The notes: generated from the letters alone by a model not told the origin. Positions 8,126 to 17,615 are shown, counted from the first letter of the stretch. The stretch: 41,929 bases of DNA from a virus (IMGVR_UViG_3300014613_000623:1-41929); one strand, 5' to 3'. Numbers and translations are program-made.

Positions 8126-9469
8126 TTGAGCAACTACGGAATCCTATTATTATCGAAGGTAATCGACACCAACGATCCGTCCGCACTCGCACGTCACAAC
8201 ATCGCGGAAGCCCATTTCGGTACTGACGCGGAGAAGAAGGCATACCGATTCATTAAGGAATACGCGGAACAAAACCGCGGGCAAGCGCCGTCATACGCTA
8301 CGGTCACCGAAGAAGTCAGCGGTTTCTTCTACGTGCCGGAAGTAGGCGATTCATACGAATATTTAACGCGTAAATTAATGAACGAATCGGCTGACGTAGC
8401 CTTTCAGAAATTCGTAAATGACGGTAAGCTAGCGAGCATGTTTGAGGCGAACAGAAACGATATGCAAACGTTCTTCTCCGACTTGCAAACGGAACTGGAA
8501 AGTATTAGAATGAGAACAGACGTTCGTAACAAAGTGGGAACGGATGTGAAGGCGGATAACGCGAAGTTCCTCGAAGAATACGACAGGCGCAAGGCAGGCG
8601 AATCATTTAAGACGTATCCATCGAAGTTTTCGAGCATAGGCGATTACGTCAGCGGAAATATGTACGTAGTTTACGGAAAGTCCGGACGAGGCAAGTCCGT
8701 AATCACACTCGAAGAAGTCGTAGAAATGGCGATTAACGGTGCGAACGTGCTTGTATGGGCGATGGAAATGCCGTGGTTTGAAGTCCTCGTAAGAATATAC
8801 GTAAGCGTATCGGCACGCAAACAGTTAACATCGCTAGATGTCGGAGGTCTTAATTTAAACGGAGGTTTCGACGCAAGCGACATCCGTAAAGGGAAACTGA
8901 CGGACGAATTCGACGTAGCGTTCCGATTCTTTATCGATACGATTAACGACGAAATCGCGGGTAACATTACGGTGCGTGGCGTAAGTGACGAGGATTTTAA
9001 CAATCGTACACTGGCGCAACTTGAATCGGATATTCTGCATACGAAGGCGGACGTAGTTATGATTGATCCGTTTTATTACTTAACGTACGAAAAGAACGAA
9101 TCGCGGACGGCTGGCGGTGACGCAGCGAATACATCCGAAAAGTTACGTAAGTTAATCGGACGTACGCAAGTCGTAGGCTTCGCTATTACGCAAGCTGACG
9201 AAACTGCCGAAGTAGAATCGGACGACGGCGTGCGTGAACTCGACTTACCGAAACGGAAAGACGTATCGAAAACGAAGCAACTTATGCAGGATGCCTCCGT
9301 ATTGATAGCGGTAGATACCGATTATAAGCAAGGGCGCGGAATTGTCGGCGTGAATAAAGGGCGCGACGGTGGCGAAGGGGATTTTACGGAGATTCTTTAT
9401 GTACCGCAGATTGGCGTAGTACGTGAGTTTGAAGTAGGGGAGTCAGCGGTAAGTGATTTCGATTTTTAA
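8126..9469 (+). CDS. DnaB-like (SF4) replicative helicase
   Basis: Walker A GKSGRGKS, AMEM, VMIDPFY, ITQ, QDA, KGRDG. Confidence 0.9.
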   Translation: MSNYGILLLSKVIDTNDPSALARHNIAEAHFGTDAEKKAYRFIKEYAEQNRGQAPSYATVTEEVSGFFYVPEVGDSYEYLTRKLMNESADVAFQKFVNDGKLASMFEANRNDMQTFFSDLQTELESIRMRTDVRNKVGTDVKADNAKFLEEYDRRKAGESFKTYPSKFSSIGDYVSGNMYVVYGKSGRGKSVITLEEVVEMAINGANVLVWAMEMPWFEVLVRIYVSVSARKQLTSLDVGGLNLNGGFDASDIRKGKLTDEFDVAFRFFIDTINDEIAGNITVRGVSDEDFNNRTLAQLESDILHTKADVVMIDPFYYLTYEKNESRTAGGDAANTSEKLRKLIGRTQVVGFAITQADETAEVESDDGVRELDLPKRKDVSKTKQLMQDASVLIAVDTDYKQGRGIVGVNKGRDGGEGDFTEILYVPQIGVVREFEVGESAVSDFDF

Positions 9470-9488
9470 ATACGGAGGAGGAAAAGGA

Positions 9489-9833
9489 ATGGCAAAAGCG
9501 GTTACGAGGTATCAATGCGAAATATGCGGAAAACTTTACGACGACGAAGTATCAGCGGTTTCTTGCGAAGACATCGGCAAAGAAACACCGCTAGCAACCG
9601 TTGGTGAATTAGTCGATTTCAGAATCGAAATGTCCGGCGGTTGGAACGATTGGTTCGTAGAAGTCCGCGTATCGGATATAGTAGATAACGGTCATTATCT
9701 AATTTACTACTTCGAGGAATACGATAGCGTAACGGATAGTTGGGACGATAACGCCCATTATTCAAACGTATGGGGCGCTGACCAATTCGCTAGGAAAATC
9801 GTCAAGAAGGAGTCGGCAAATGCCAACGGTTAG
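9489..9833 (+). CDS. Hypothetical protein with N-terminal CxxC
   Basis: GGAGGAGG RBS; YQCEICGK. Confidence 0.65.
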   Translation: MAKAVTRYQCEICGKLYDDEVSAVSCEDIGKETPLATVGELVDFRIEMSGGWNDWFVEVRVSDIVDNGHYLIYYFEEYDSVTDSWDDNAHYSNVWGADQFARKIVKKESANANG

Positions 9834-10785
9834 AATACGCAGTCAACCCGTAAACATCGACATCCGATCCGAGTTAGAAGCGTTCGAATTTACTTCTACG
9901 CGCTGGTCTTCCGATAAGCTAATCGCAGCAAGTCCGTTTCGCTACGATAAAACTCCGAGTTTCTACGTTAATCTCGAAGGTGAATATGCGGGAGTATTCG
10001 GAGATAGTGGCGCTTATGACGCGGACTACGCAAGCGGAGGTATCGTCAAACTCCTCGCTTTCCTACGTAATGAAACGTATGAGGAAACGGAGGACTATCT
10101 GCTTGAAGCGTACGGCTTCGGTGACGGCGTAGAGAAACAACGCCTAATCGTTCCGCGTTTAAGCGAGCGCAAGTCATTTACGGAATTGCCCGCGGACTTA
10201 ATAGAACCGCTGACCTCACCGTATTTAAATAAGCGAGGTATATCGGCGGAAGCACAGGCGCGTGCGGGAGTCGGACGTAGTAAACACGCAGGCTTCGTAG
10301 CGATTCCGTGGTACTTGCCGGACGGACGCCTTGCTAACGTAAAGTATCGAGCAACACGCGGCAAGACGTTCTTCTACGAGAAAGGCGCTGAGCCAATCCG
10401 TAATCTCGTATATGGCGCTAATCTAGCGACTGACGGAAAGCCTTGCGTAATCTGCGAAGCTGAAATCGATGCGCTATCGTGGATGACTGCGGGATACAAT
10501 GCGGTGGCAGTCGGAGGTGTAGCGTTCAACCGAAAACAGGCGGAAATCGTAAAAATGATACAAACGGACTACTTCGTAGTGGCGGGCGATAACGATAAAG
10601 CGGGTCAGCGATTCAATGATAGCGTAGTGTCAGCGTTGAAAGGCGCAAGCCTTCGAGTCATACGGTACACGGACGATAGGCATAAGGATGCTAACGACGT
10701 ATTACGAAATGAAGGGACGGAAGGCTTACGAAGGTTAATCGAAGGGGCGGTCGAAGTACCTAAAATTAGCGTGTGGTTACGATAA
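9820..10785 (+). CDS. DNA primase (TOPRIM)
   Basis: SPFR.D..PSF, YLNKRGI, VKYR, ICEAEIDALS, GDNDKAG, KDAND. Confidence 0.9.
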   Translation: MPTVRIRSQPVNIDIRSELEAFEFTSTRWSSDKLIAASPFRYDKTPSFYVNLEGEYAGVFGDSGAYDADYASGGIVKLLAFLRNETYEETEDYLLEAYGFGDGVEKQRLIVPRLSERKSFTELPADLIEPLTSPYLNKRGISAEAQARAGVGRSKHAGFVAIPWYLPDGRLANVKYRATRGKTFFYEKGAEPIRNLVYGANLATDGKPCVICEAEIDALSWMTAGYNAVAVGGVAFNRKQAEIVKMIQTDYFVVAGDNDKAGQRFNDSVVSALKGASLRVIRYTDDRHKDANDVLRNEGTEGLRRLIEGAVEVPKISVWLR

Positions 10786-10831
10786 CTACGTAATTGTCAT
10801 ACTTTTCCACGTTTAATTGTCAGATAATTCG

Positions 10832-10860
10832 TTTACATCGGTGGATAATAGTGGTAAAGT
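10832..10860 (+). promoter_or_regulatory. sigmaA-like promoter facing the 3' end of the XRE gene
   Basis: TTTACA-17 bp-TAAAGT with TG extension; no ORF downstream on this strand. Confidence 0.35.
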
Positions 10861-10938
10861 TAGCGAAAATAGACTCAAAGGTTACGTCGGAACATAACCA
10901 TTCGACAGACGGTCGTACAAAAAACCGCCTGTGACCGA

Positions 10939-11148
10939 CTAATAACGTCGATATTCGAACAATTCATCTAACGTACAATGAAGGACAAGCGCAAACTTAA
11001 CGGCAGTATCGACAGTCATTTCGACTTTATCGTTTTCGTATAGAGAGATACGCGAACGTGGTACTCCGGTAAGTAATTCTAACTGGCGTTGCGAAATGCC
11101 TTGTGCGTTACGTCGGTCACGGAGTAAAGAACGCAACTGAACGTCTAT
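10939..11148 (-). CDS. XRE-family HTH regulator
   Basis: LRDRR...GISQRQL....GV.RS.IS.YEN; GGAGG RBS suggests an ATA start at 11148 (track start TTG 11136). Confidence 0.85.
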   Translation of the reverse strand: MDVQLRSLLRDRRNAQGISQRQLELLTGVPRSRISLYENDKVEMTVDTAVKFALVLHCTLDELFEYRRY

Positions 11149-11206
11149 AGTCGCACACCTCCGCAGAATATTTTACCATAACGGAGGCAAACAAAAAAGA
11201 AGCCCG

Positions 11207-11410
11207 TTAAGGCTTCCGTTTAATTTCGATAACTTCTTCTATATTAACGTCAAGATATTCGCAGATTGTAACAATAACTTCTAATCTAACGGACTGATCG
11301 TTGTTTAGCGCGACGGTAGCGTTGGAAGTCAGGTTACAATCGCGTGCTAACTGGCGGAACGATATGCTACGAAGTTCCAGTAAATCCCTTAATGGCTCAA
11401 ATGTGAACAT
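11207..11410 (-). CDS. Cro/CI-type HTH regulator
   Basis: FEPL..LL..R.IS...L...V.LE....IC.YL.V.IEEVIE. Confidence 0.85.
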   Translation of the reverse strand: MFTFEPLRDLLELRSISFRQLARDCNLTSNATVALNNDQSVRLEVIVTICEYLDVNIEEVIEIKRKP

Positions 11411-11447
11411 AATTACCTACCCCTTTATGGAAAAACTTATTATAATT

Positions 11448-11491
11448 GTTTGACTTATTCAAACGGCTAGTTTATAGTAACGATTATACCA
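11448..11491. promoter_or_regulatory. Putative genetic switch: rightward sigmaA promoter with overlapping operator, and opposing extended -10 promoter
   Basis: TTGACT(11450)-17 bp-TATAGT(11473); inverted repeat GTTTGA-N5-TCAAAC at 11448-11464; minus-strand TGGTATAAT at 11483-11491. Confidence 0.6.
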
Positions 11492-11582
11492 TAAGAAATA
11501 GTTTCATAGTTTACCAATTTTTATTTAAAAGCTATGTTGCAGTTTTTAATTCTAGTGGTGAATATAGAGTAGGAGGGATAAA

Positions 11583-12122
11583 ATGATTGAATATCAGTTA
11601 ATTTGCTATCGTAACAAATGGATTGTTGAGGAAGTGTACAAGTACTCATCTAAAATATCGGATAGAGTCACAAACACTTCTATAGTAGAACACCGAATTA
11701 TGCAGGCGGTCGGCAAGTATCTAACCGAAGATGTATCGCGAATTAAAAACCGGTCGTACATCATCAAGTTAATTCAGCGTGAAGCATACGCAGCACTTAA
11801 ACGGAATCGCAAGGAATACGCAATACACTTCGCAGATATCGGGTACGAAGACGACACTGGCGAAATCATCGAGTACGAACCGTTAGACATTTTGGCGAAC
11901 GTCGAATCGGATTTTAGCGCAAAAGAAACGATCACCCTTTTGGCGAAGGATGACCGTAAACGAAGTTTGATTCTCAACGCATGGGCGAATGGATTTACGA
12001 ATGATAAGGCGTTATCCGAAACTTTGGCGAGTTTCTTTGGTGGACAAGCACGCAGTCACCGTATCTACATTCAACGTTTTAGAATCGAGTGTCGGACGAC
12101 TTTACGTCCAACGGCTATTTAA
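11583..12122 (+). CDS. Putative divergent sigma-factor-like transcription regulator
   Basis: Helical 179-aa protein with a region-2-like segment, an acidic linker and a C-terminal HTH-like segment; first gene right of the switch; weak similarity only. Confidence 0.45.
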   Translation: MIEYQLICYRNKWIVEEVYKYSSKISDRVTNTSIVEHRIMQAVGKYLTEDVSRIKNRSYIIKLIQREAYAALKRNRKEYAIHFADIGYEDDTGEIIEYEPLDILANVESDFSAKETITLLAKDDRKRSLILNAWANGFTNDKALSETLASFFGGQARSHRIYIQRFRIECRTTLRPTAI

Positions 12123-12170
12123 TTTGATGAAAAACGTAGGTGTCTTTACACCTTTCGTTCTTCGTCCGTT

Positions 12171-12199
12171 ATTATATCACGCTTCATATAAAAATACAA
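12171..12199 (-). promoter_or_regulatory. Antisense sigmaA promoter aimed at the sigma-like gene
   Basis: Minus strand TTGTAT-17 bp-TATAAT with TG extension; hairpin at 12126-12166. Confidence 0.55.
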
Positions 12200-12215
12200 A
12201 ACGGAGGTTTTAACG

Positions 12216-12380
12216 ATGTCCTACAAAGAGTATACGCAATTAAACGAAGAAAGATTCACTTTTCCGCAAAATAAATTATATGACCGCCATCAAGCGGATT
12301 ACGACTACAACGGTGACATCGATTCAGACGGCGATTCAGCGGACTATTACCGCCCGTTATACGCCGTGAGAGTAGGTTAA
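12216..12380 (+). CDS. Small acidic hypothetical protein (54 aa)
   Basis: GGAGG RBS; MSYKEYTQ...AVRVG. Confidence 0.6.
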   Translation: MSYKEYTQLNEERFTFPQNKLYDRHQADYDYNGDIDSDGDSADYYRPLYAVRVG

Positions 12381-12384
12381 CCGC

Positions 12385-12951
12385 ATGAAATATAATCCGT
12401 CAGTACACGCAGTAGAACGCACACGTCAGTATTTCGGAATCATGGAAGAACACGCGAAGAATTTCGTTAATCAATTAATGGCGTCCGCTATGTACGTCAC
12501 AACGCAGTCAGACGGTAAAGCCGTTTACAAACACGCAGGTAAAGACGTAATGCTCGTAGTTGATACGAAACACGACGTAATCGTCACGGTACTACCGCCA
12601 AACGGCGAAGGCAATAATACGAAAGCAGCCGTTAAAACTTCGGCACACAACGCAATTATCGATAAGGCACGCGAAACGATTAAACGTGAGTTAACGAAAG
12701 CAAGCCGTCAGTTTACGACGGACACACGGAAGTTAACGTTATTTGAAGCGGAACTCGGCTTAGATATCGCTCGGCTAACGGTGAACAAAGCGAAATGTAA
12801 AGCACCGCATACAAAGGCGTTATTACAGGAACGTATCAACGAATTAGAAATTGGTCGCCAAGCGGTAGCGAAACAGTTACAGTCGGTAGCCGACCGCTTT
12901 GAACAAGTGCGTAATGACGCGGAACAATACATCGGAGGTGTAGCGGAATGA
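12385..12951 (+). CDS. Hypothetical protein: small N-terminal domain plus coiled coil
   Basis: SVHAVER...IVTV motif, then heptad repeats. Confidence 0.75.
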   Translation: MKYNPSVHAVERTRQYFGIMEEHAKNFVNQLMASAMYVTTQSDGKAVYKHAGKDVMLVVDTKHDVIVTVLPPNGEGNNTKAAVKTSAHNAIIDKARETIKRELTKASRQFTTDTRKLTLFEAELGLDIARLTVNKAKCKAPHTKALLQERINELEIGRQAVAKQLQSVADRFEQVRNDAEQYIGGVAE

Positions 12952-13088
12952 GCGTAGAAATGACTGACGAAGATTACCGTAGTTTCGATTGCGTAGGATG
13001 CTTCGAATGGGTCACGGTCGAAATCGGAACATGGGCGGAAGAAAACGATATGTGCCCGAAGTGTTGGTGCGCGTATCAAGGAGGTTAA
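12948..13088 (+). CDS. Small Zn-ribbon protein (46 aa)
   Basis: GGAGG RBS; CVGC...CPKC. Confidence 0.55.
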   Translation: MSVEMTDEDYRSFDCVGCFEWVTVEIGTWAEENDMCPKCWCAYQGG

Positions 13089-13093
13089 CAGAA

Positions 13094-13183
13094 TTGCGAA
13101 TTTACACGGGAAACAAACGGAAACAAGAGCGCAGCTTGCGAGAGGAATTGCGGTACATGCTCGCTATGATACGCGGTTATTAA
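13094..13183 (+). CDS. 29-aa basic peptide
   Basis: AAGGAGG RBS with TTG start; C-terminal part of track ORF 12989..13183. Confidence 0.4.
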   Translation: MRIYTGNKRKQERSLREELRYMLAMIRGY

Positions 13184-13184
13184 A

Positions 13185-13350
13185 TGCCGATTCCACACGT
13201 CGGCAACGCGTTACGAACTAGTCGATAACGAACGAATCCGCGCCTTAAATTAGCGGTGGGAATGAATTATCGGCGTTCCGGAGGTTCGTAGCGTGTTGCG
13301 GACGTGGGGAAACCGTGAGGGTCGACACTCGCGAAAGCACAACGTCTGAC
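13185..13350 (+). ncRNA. Candidate structured RNA (long rod plus 3' hairpin)
   Basis: 13191-13218 pairs with 13284-13311 (26/28 incl. 2 G-U); inner stem 13221-13228/13267-13274; hairpin 13314-13333. Confidence 0.6.
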
Positions 13351-13386
13351 AAAAACAAACGATATCGAAAAGAAAGGAGCCTTCTA

Positions 13387-14175
13387 TTGAGGATCATTTA
13401 CAACAGGGTAGGCCTGCCATGCGTTGTAGACGAAAACGAAAACGTGGTTTCTAAAGTATGTAGTAATTGCAGAATCATGCAGCAAAAATCGGAGTTCGGT
13501 AAAAACCCAAAAGGATTTATGGGTCTTAAACCCAACTGCAACAAATGCGCGAAGGTGATTGCTTCCATTTCAAAGAGTAACCAGTCCGAAGAAAGTAGAC
13601 AAAGAAGACTTGCGTACAGTAGAAATTACAACTTAGAGTATTACAAAACTCACGCAGAGAAATTCAAGACTAATTCGTCGATGCAGTATTTCGAAAACAA
13701 ATCAGATTCACATTTTATCGAGAAGAGAAAGCGGTATAAACAAGCGTGGATGTCTAATAATCCCGATAAGGTGGCTGAATATAGTCACAAAAGACGCGCC
13801 AAAAAGTTGAAATTACCAAACGATTTAACTTCCGAAGTGGTAACAAGCATTATGGAACATTTCGACCACAGTTGTGTATTGACAGGTGATAAAGAAAATC
13901 TACACCTAGATCACGTCATCCCGCTAAATATCGAAGAAGGCGGACATGTCTACTGGAATGTAGTGCCATTAAGAGCAGATTTGAATATGTCTAAAGGGCA
14001 TAAGAATCTTTTCACATGGTTCTACGCTAATAAGGAAAGGTTCAATTTAGAACAAGAGAGGTTTGACGATTTGATTAAGTATCTCGCCTCACATTTCGAT
14101 GAAAGTCCTGAATACTATCACATGCTTACCGACGCATATTTCGGTAACTACAAAACCAAGGGGGCAACAAAATGA
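13387..14175 (+). CDS. HNH endonuclease with N-terminal Zn finger
   Basis: CSNC...CNKC, DHVIPL...GG....NVVPL...LN.SK; AAGGAG RBS before TTG 13387. Confidence 0.8.
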   Translation: MRIIYNRVGLPCVVDENENVVSKVCSNCRIMQQKSEFGKNPKGFMGLKPNCNKCAKVIASISKSNQSEESRQRRLAYSRNYNLEYYKTHAEKFKTNSSMQYFENKSDSHFIEKRKRYKQAWMSNNPDKVAEYSHKRRAKKLKLPNDLTSEVVTSIMEHFDHSCVLTGDKENLHLDHVIPLNIEEGGHVYWNVVPLRADLNMSKGHKNLFTWFYANKERFNLEQERFDDLIKYLASHFDESPEYYHMLTDAYFGNYKTKGATK

Positions 14176-14924
14176 CAAACTTCACAAGCGGCGTAGACGC
14201 ACTAAACTCATTGACAGCAATAAATGAAGGTACCACATCAAGCGAATTTACGTCACTAAAATCGGGTACATCTTTCAAAGTTAGAGCGTTAGGTATTGCG
14301 GACTTAATCGCCTTTAGATCGTATTCGGTTTACAAACAGGTAAACTCGTTCGTAGCGAAAGAGCCTTCCGTTTATTCAGCGAAAGGATTCCCGCAATCAA
14401 ACTTAACCGCGTGGGATAAGGCATCCGAATACTACAGTAAGCAAGCGTTCGAAACGGAAGACGAGAAGACTAAAACGGACTTACGTAATGAAGCGTATAA
14501 GTATCGCGGTAAAGAACGATTCGCACTCGGATTTATCGACCTCGATACAGGAACGCCAGTCATCGTTGACCTATCGAAGAAACAGGCGTTAGCGGTACAT
14601 GCGGTATTGAAAAAGAACGAAAGCAAACTCGATAAGAAAGCGTTCGAACTCGAGAAGTCCGGTAGCGGTACGTCAACGCAGGTTTTACTATCTCCGATTG
14701 ACCTCGACGAATTAAGCGATAAGCAATCCGCTAACTTCGAGAAGTTCGACGGTCAGCAATTCGATCATGCGCTATTCAACGGAATTCTATACGAAGCTGA
14801 CGAGGCGGAACAACTGAAATTCCTAACGCAAGCCGGATTCGATATCGCTTTAATCGGCGCAAGTAAGACGGAAGTCAACGAAGCTGCGGGCGACGATACT
14901 GATGCGGAAGAATTACCGTTTTAG
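14172..14924 (+). CDS. Putative single-stranded DNA-binding protein
   Basis: Acidic tail ending EELPF; K.GSGTST motif; located upstream of the polymerase. Confidence 0.7.
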   Translation: MTNFTSGVDALNSLTAINEGTTSSEFTSLKSGTSFKVRALGIADLIAFRSYSVYKQVNSFVAKEPSVYSAKGFPQSNLTAWDKASEYYSKQAFETEDEKTKTDLRNEAYKYRGKERFALGFIDLDTGTPVIVDLSKKQALAVHAVLKKNESKLDKKAFELEKSGSGTSTQVLLSPIDLDELSDKQSANFEKFDGQQFDHALFNGILYEADEAEQLKFLTQAGFDIALIGASKTEVNEAAGDDTDAEELPF

Positions 14925-14925
14925 A

Positions 14926-15321
14926 ATGACGCCAATGACAACGGCGGCAGTCGGTCGCCACTCGGAACTACTCGCAATAACGGCACTACTCGCAAACGGT
15001 TATACGGTTTTGGAACCCGCAGTTCCGGAGCCGTTCGACCTTGCGATAACTAGGCGTGGTGAGTCGAAGATAATTCGCGCACAAGTCAAGACGGCGTTAT
15101 ATCGCGATAAAGACGGCATTGAGTACTACGTCGTCAAAGGTAAGAAGAATAGCGGAGTTGTCTACGATTTAGACGATTGCGATATATTCCTCGGAGTTAT
15201 CGGTAACGACGTATACATGTTCGACAATACGGAAATTACGGAGTACTGGGTGCGAGCGGATGCAATCGAAAGCAAATGGACGCGTCTTACCACGAGGTTA
15301 GAACATACGCAAACGGCGTAG
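14926..15321 (+). CDS. PD-(D/E)XK endonuclease (homing-type)
   Basis: G..SE......L...GY, PFDL, QVKT; start uncertain. Confidence 0.7.
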   Translation: MTPMTTAAVGRHSELLAITALLANGYTVLEPAVPEPFDLAITRRGESKIIRAQVKTALYRDKDGIEYYVVKGKKNSGVVYDLDDCDIFLGVIGNDVYMFDNTEITEYWVRADAIESKWTRLTTRLEHTQTA

Positions 15322-15338
15322 CAGAAGGAGGGCGTAAT

Positions 15339-17615
15339 ATGAAACCGAAGTTAACGCTTAATATCACGGCTAAGACGGTTGAAGGCGGAAGCGATAACGC
15401 CCTCCAAGCCGCTGCCGAACGCAAGACGAAGGCGACTGAAACGCTGGCGGACGCTTGGTTACGCATACTCGCGATGAAGAATAGCGACACGGACGCGGTG
15501 AAACTACGTGAAGTCAAGCGTGCGATGGACGCAGGCGATATCGGTCGGGACGTGGCTAGCGCAGGCAAACGATTCAGCAAGGCGGAGGCGTTACGTTTAT
15601 ATGCCGTACTCGCCGAGAGCCAACGCGAACAGAAGCTAGCGGATTTAGTCGCTAATACTCCGTCAAACTACCGACTGCTAACCGACATCGACGAAGTGAG
15701 AGCCGTCGTAGCTGACGCATTTAACGAGTTGATCATCGCAGTAGATACGGAAACAACTGGCTTAGACGTATATGTCGACGTAATTGTCGGCGTATCGTTA
15801 ACGTTGCCTACGGCGGATATGCACTATTATATTCCGATTCAGCCTACGGAAGACGAGCGTGCGTTACCGAGTGAAGACGTGCTAAACGTATTGAAGCCGT
15901 TAATGGAATCGGAGGAAGTCGGCAAGGTGTTTCATAACGCTAACTACGATATTCAGATGTTCAAACGGCATGGCATCGATTTACGAGGGCTAGCGTGGGA
16001 CACACAAACCGCTATGCACGTATTAAACGAAAACGAAGATGCGCCAGTTAAAGGAAAGCAGCCGGGAACATACCGATTGAAAGATTTAGCGACGAAGTAT
16101 CTCGGCGAACCCTCCGATACATTCGCGGAACTATTCGGTAAAAACGCTAAGTTTGCCGAAGTACCACTCGATATCGCATTAGTATACGGTGCAAAAGATA
16201 CGGACTTGACGTGGAGATTATACGAGTTTCAATACGCTCATATGGCGAAAATGCCTACCGTATTAGAATACTACCAAACGGTCGAAGTTCCGTTGCTATA
16301 CGTAATAGTCGAACTAGAGCGAAATGGCTACGTACTCGACTTAGACTTTGCGAAGAAGTTCGGACACGAATTACAAACGCAGGCAAACGAATTACACGAT
16401 TACCTTATAACAGAATTATCAAAGTACCACGATAGCGACGAGCCTATGAACATTAATTCACCGCAACAATTACGCCCAGCGTTATCGAAGCACATTGGTA
16501 AGGAATTGCCTAACCTTGACGCTAAACGAACGCTAAAGCCATTACGTAGTAAGCACGAAATTATCGACAAGCTACTCGAATATCGACGCATCACAAAATT
16601 ATCAGGCACTTACATCGATACCCTACCTACGAAACAACATCCGGTAACTAAACGGTGGCACTCACGATTTAATCCGATGGGAACGGTGACAGGGCGGTTC
16701 AGTAGCGGAATGGATAAAGACAATAGCGACGATCAGTCGTTTAACGTACAGAATCAGCCTAAGAAAGCGCGGAAGATGTTCGTAGCACCTCCCGGAAAAG
16801 TGTTAGTAGGTGCGGATTTCAAAGCGCAAGAAATACGATGCGTAGCGTACTTATCGAAAGAGCCTGCGTTGATAAAAGCGTTCATCGAAAATAAAGACCC
16901 CTACGCTAATCTAGCGGTCGAGTTTACGGGGTTGCCTTACGAAGAAGTTTATAAAACGGCTGACGGTGGTGACACGGAATGGCGTAAGAAAATGAAAGTA
17001 GCATGGTTAGCTGCGCTATATGGTGCTAGCGGATTTACGTTAGGCGAGTGGTTAGGTGTTCCGAAGAAAGAGGCGGAAGATTTCATGGCGAAGTTATGGA
17101 AGTCACTTCCTGCGCTCGGTTCGTGGATAGAAGGAAATACGGAATTCGTTAAGCAACACGGTTTCGTATGGATGGATAAGGAGCAACGCAAACGCCGATT
17201 ACCCGAAGCGAAATGGAAACGTGAGTTTATTCCGTATGGAAAATACGATGATCCGAAATACGCGGATGCGAGAAAACATAACGGAAAGATAGGCGGCGCA
17301 ATTCGCCAAGCTACAAACGCGAGAGTTCAAGGCAGTTCCGCTATTCAAACGAAAGTCACGATGATTCGCGCACACGAAGAATGTTCGAAGCGTGACGGCT
17401 GGCAACTTTGGGCATCGGTTCACGACGAGCTACTATTCGAAATACCGTCGGATTTCACGCGTGAGGATATCGCAGTTATCGAAGACGTAATGCTGAACTC
17501 GTACCAATTCGGTGAAGTATCCAACGGAACGGATATCGAAGTAATGACGGTATGGGGCGAAGGCATGCCCGTAGAAGAATGGTTCGCCAATAAAGAAACG
17601 GAGGAACACGCATGA
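15339..17615 (+). CDS. polA: Family A DNA polymerase with 3'-5' exonuclease
   Basis: DTETTG, HNANYD, TGRFSS, ADFKAQEIR, K..WLAALYG, VQGSSA, VHDEL; AAGGAGG RBS before ATG 15339. Confidence 0.95.
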   Translation: MKPKLTLNITAKTVEGGSDNALQAAAERKTKATETLADAWLRILAMKNSDTDAVKLREVKRAMDAGDIGRDVASAGKRFSKAEALRLYAVLAESQREQKLADLVANTPSNYRLLTDIDEVRAVVADAFNELIIAVDTETTGLDVYVDVIVGVSLTLPTADMHYYIPIQPTEDERALPSEDVLNVLKPLMESEEVGKVFHNANYDIQMFKRHGIDLRGLAWDTQTAMHVLNENEDAPVKGKQPGTYRLKDLATKYLGEPSDTFAELFGKNAKFAEVPLDIALVYGAKDTDLTWRLYEFQYAHMAKMPTVLEYYQTVEVPLLYVIVELERNGYVLDLDFAKKFGHELQTQANELHDYLITELSKYHDSDEPMNINSPQQLRPALSKHIGKELPNLDAKRTLKPLRSKHEIIDKLLEYRRITKLSGTYIDTLPTKQHPVTKRWHSRFNPMGTVTGRFSSGMDKDNSDDQSFNVQNQPKKARKMFVAPPGKVLVGADFKAQEIRCVAYLSKEPALIKAFIENKDPYANLAVEFTGLPYEEVYKTADGGDTEWRKKMKVAWLAALYGASGFTLGEWLGVPKKEAEDFMAKLWKSLPALGSWIEGNTEFVKQHGFVWMDKEQRKRRLPEAKWKREFIPYGKYDDPKYADARKHNGKIGGAIRQATNARVQGSSAIQTKVTMIRAHEECSKRDGWQLWASVHDELLFEIPSDFTREDIAVIEDVMLNSYQFGEVSNGTDIEVMTVWGEGMPVEEWFANKETEEHA

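Noticed and set aside
10888-10906. LexA/SOS box near the switch
   Set aside because: GAACATAACCATTC does not fit the GAAC-N4-GTTC spacing.
10901-10907. Spo0A box (TGTCGAA, minus strand)
   Set aside because: A single 7-mer is expected several times by chance in 42 kb.
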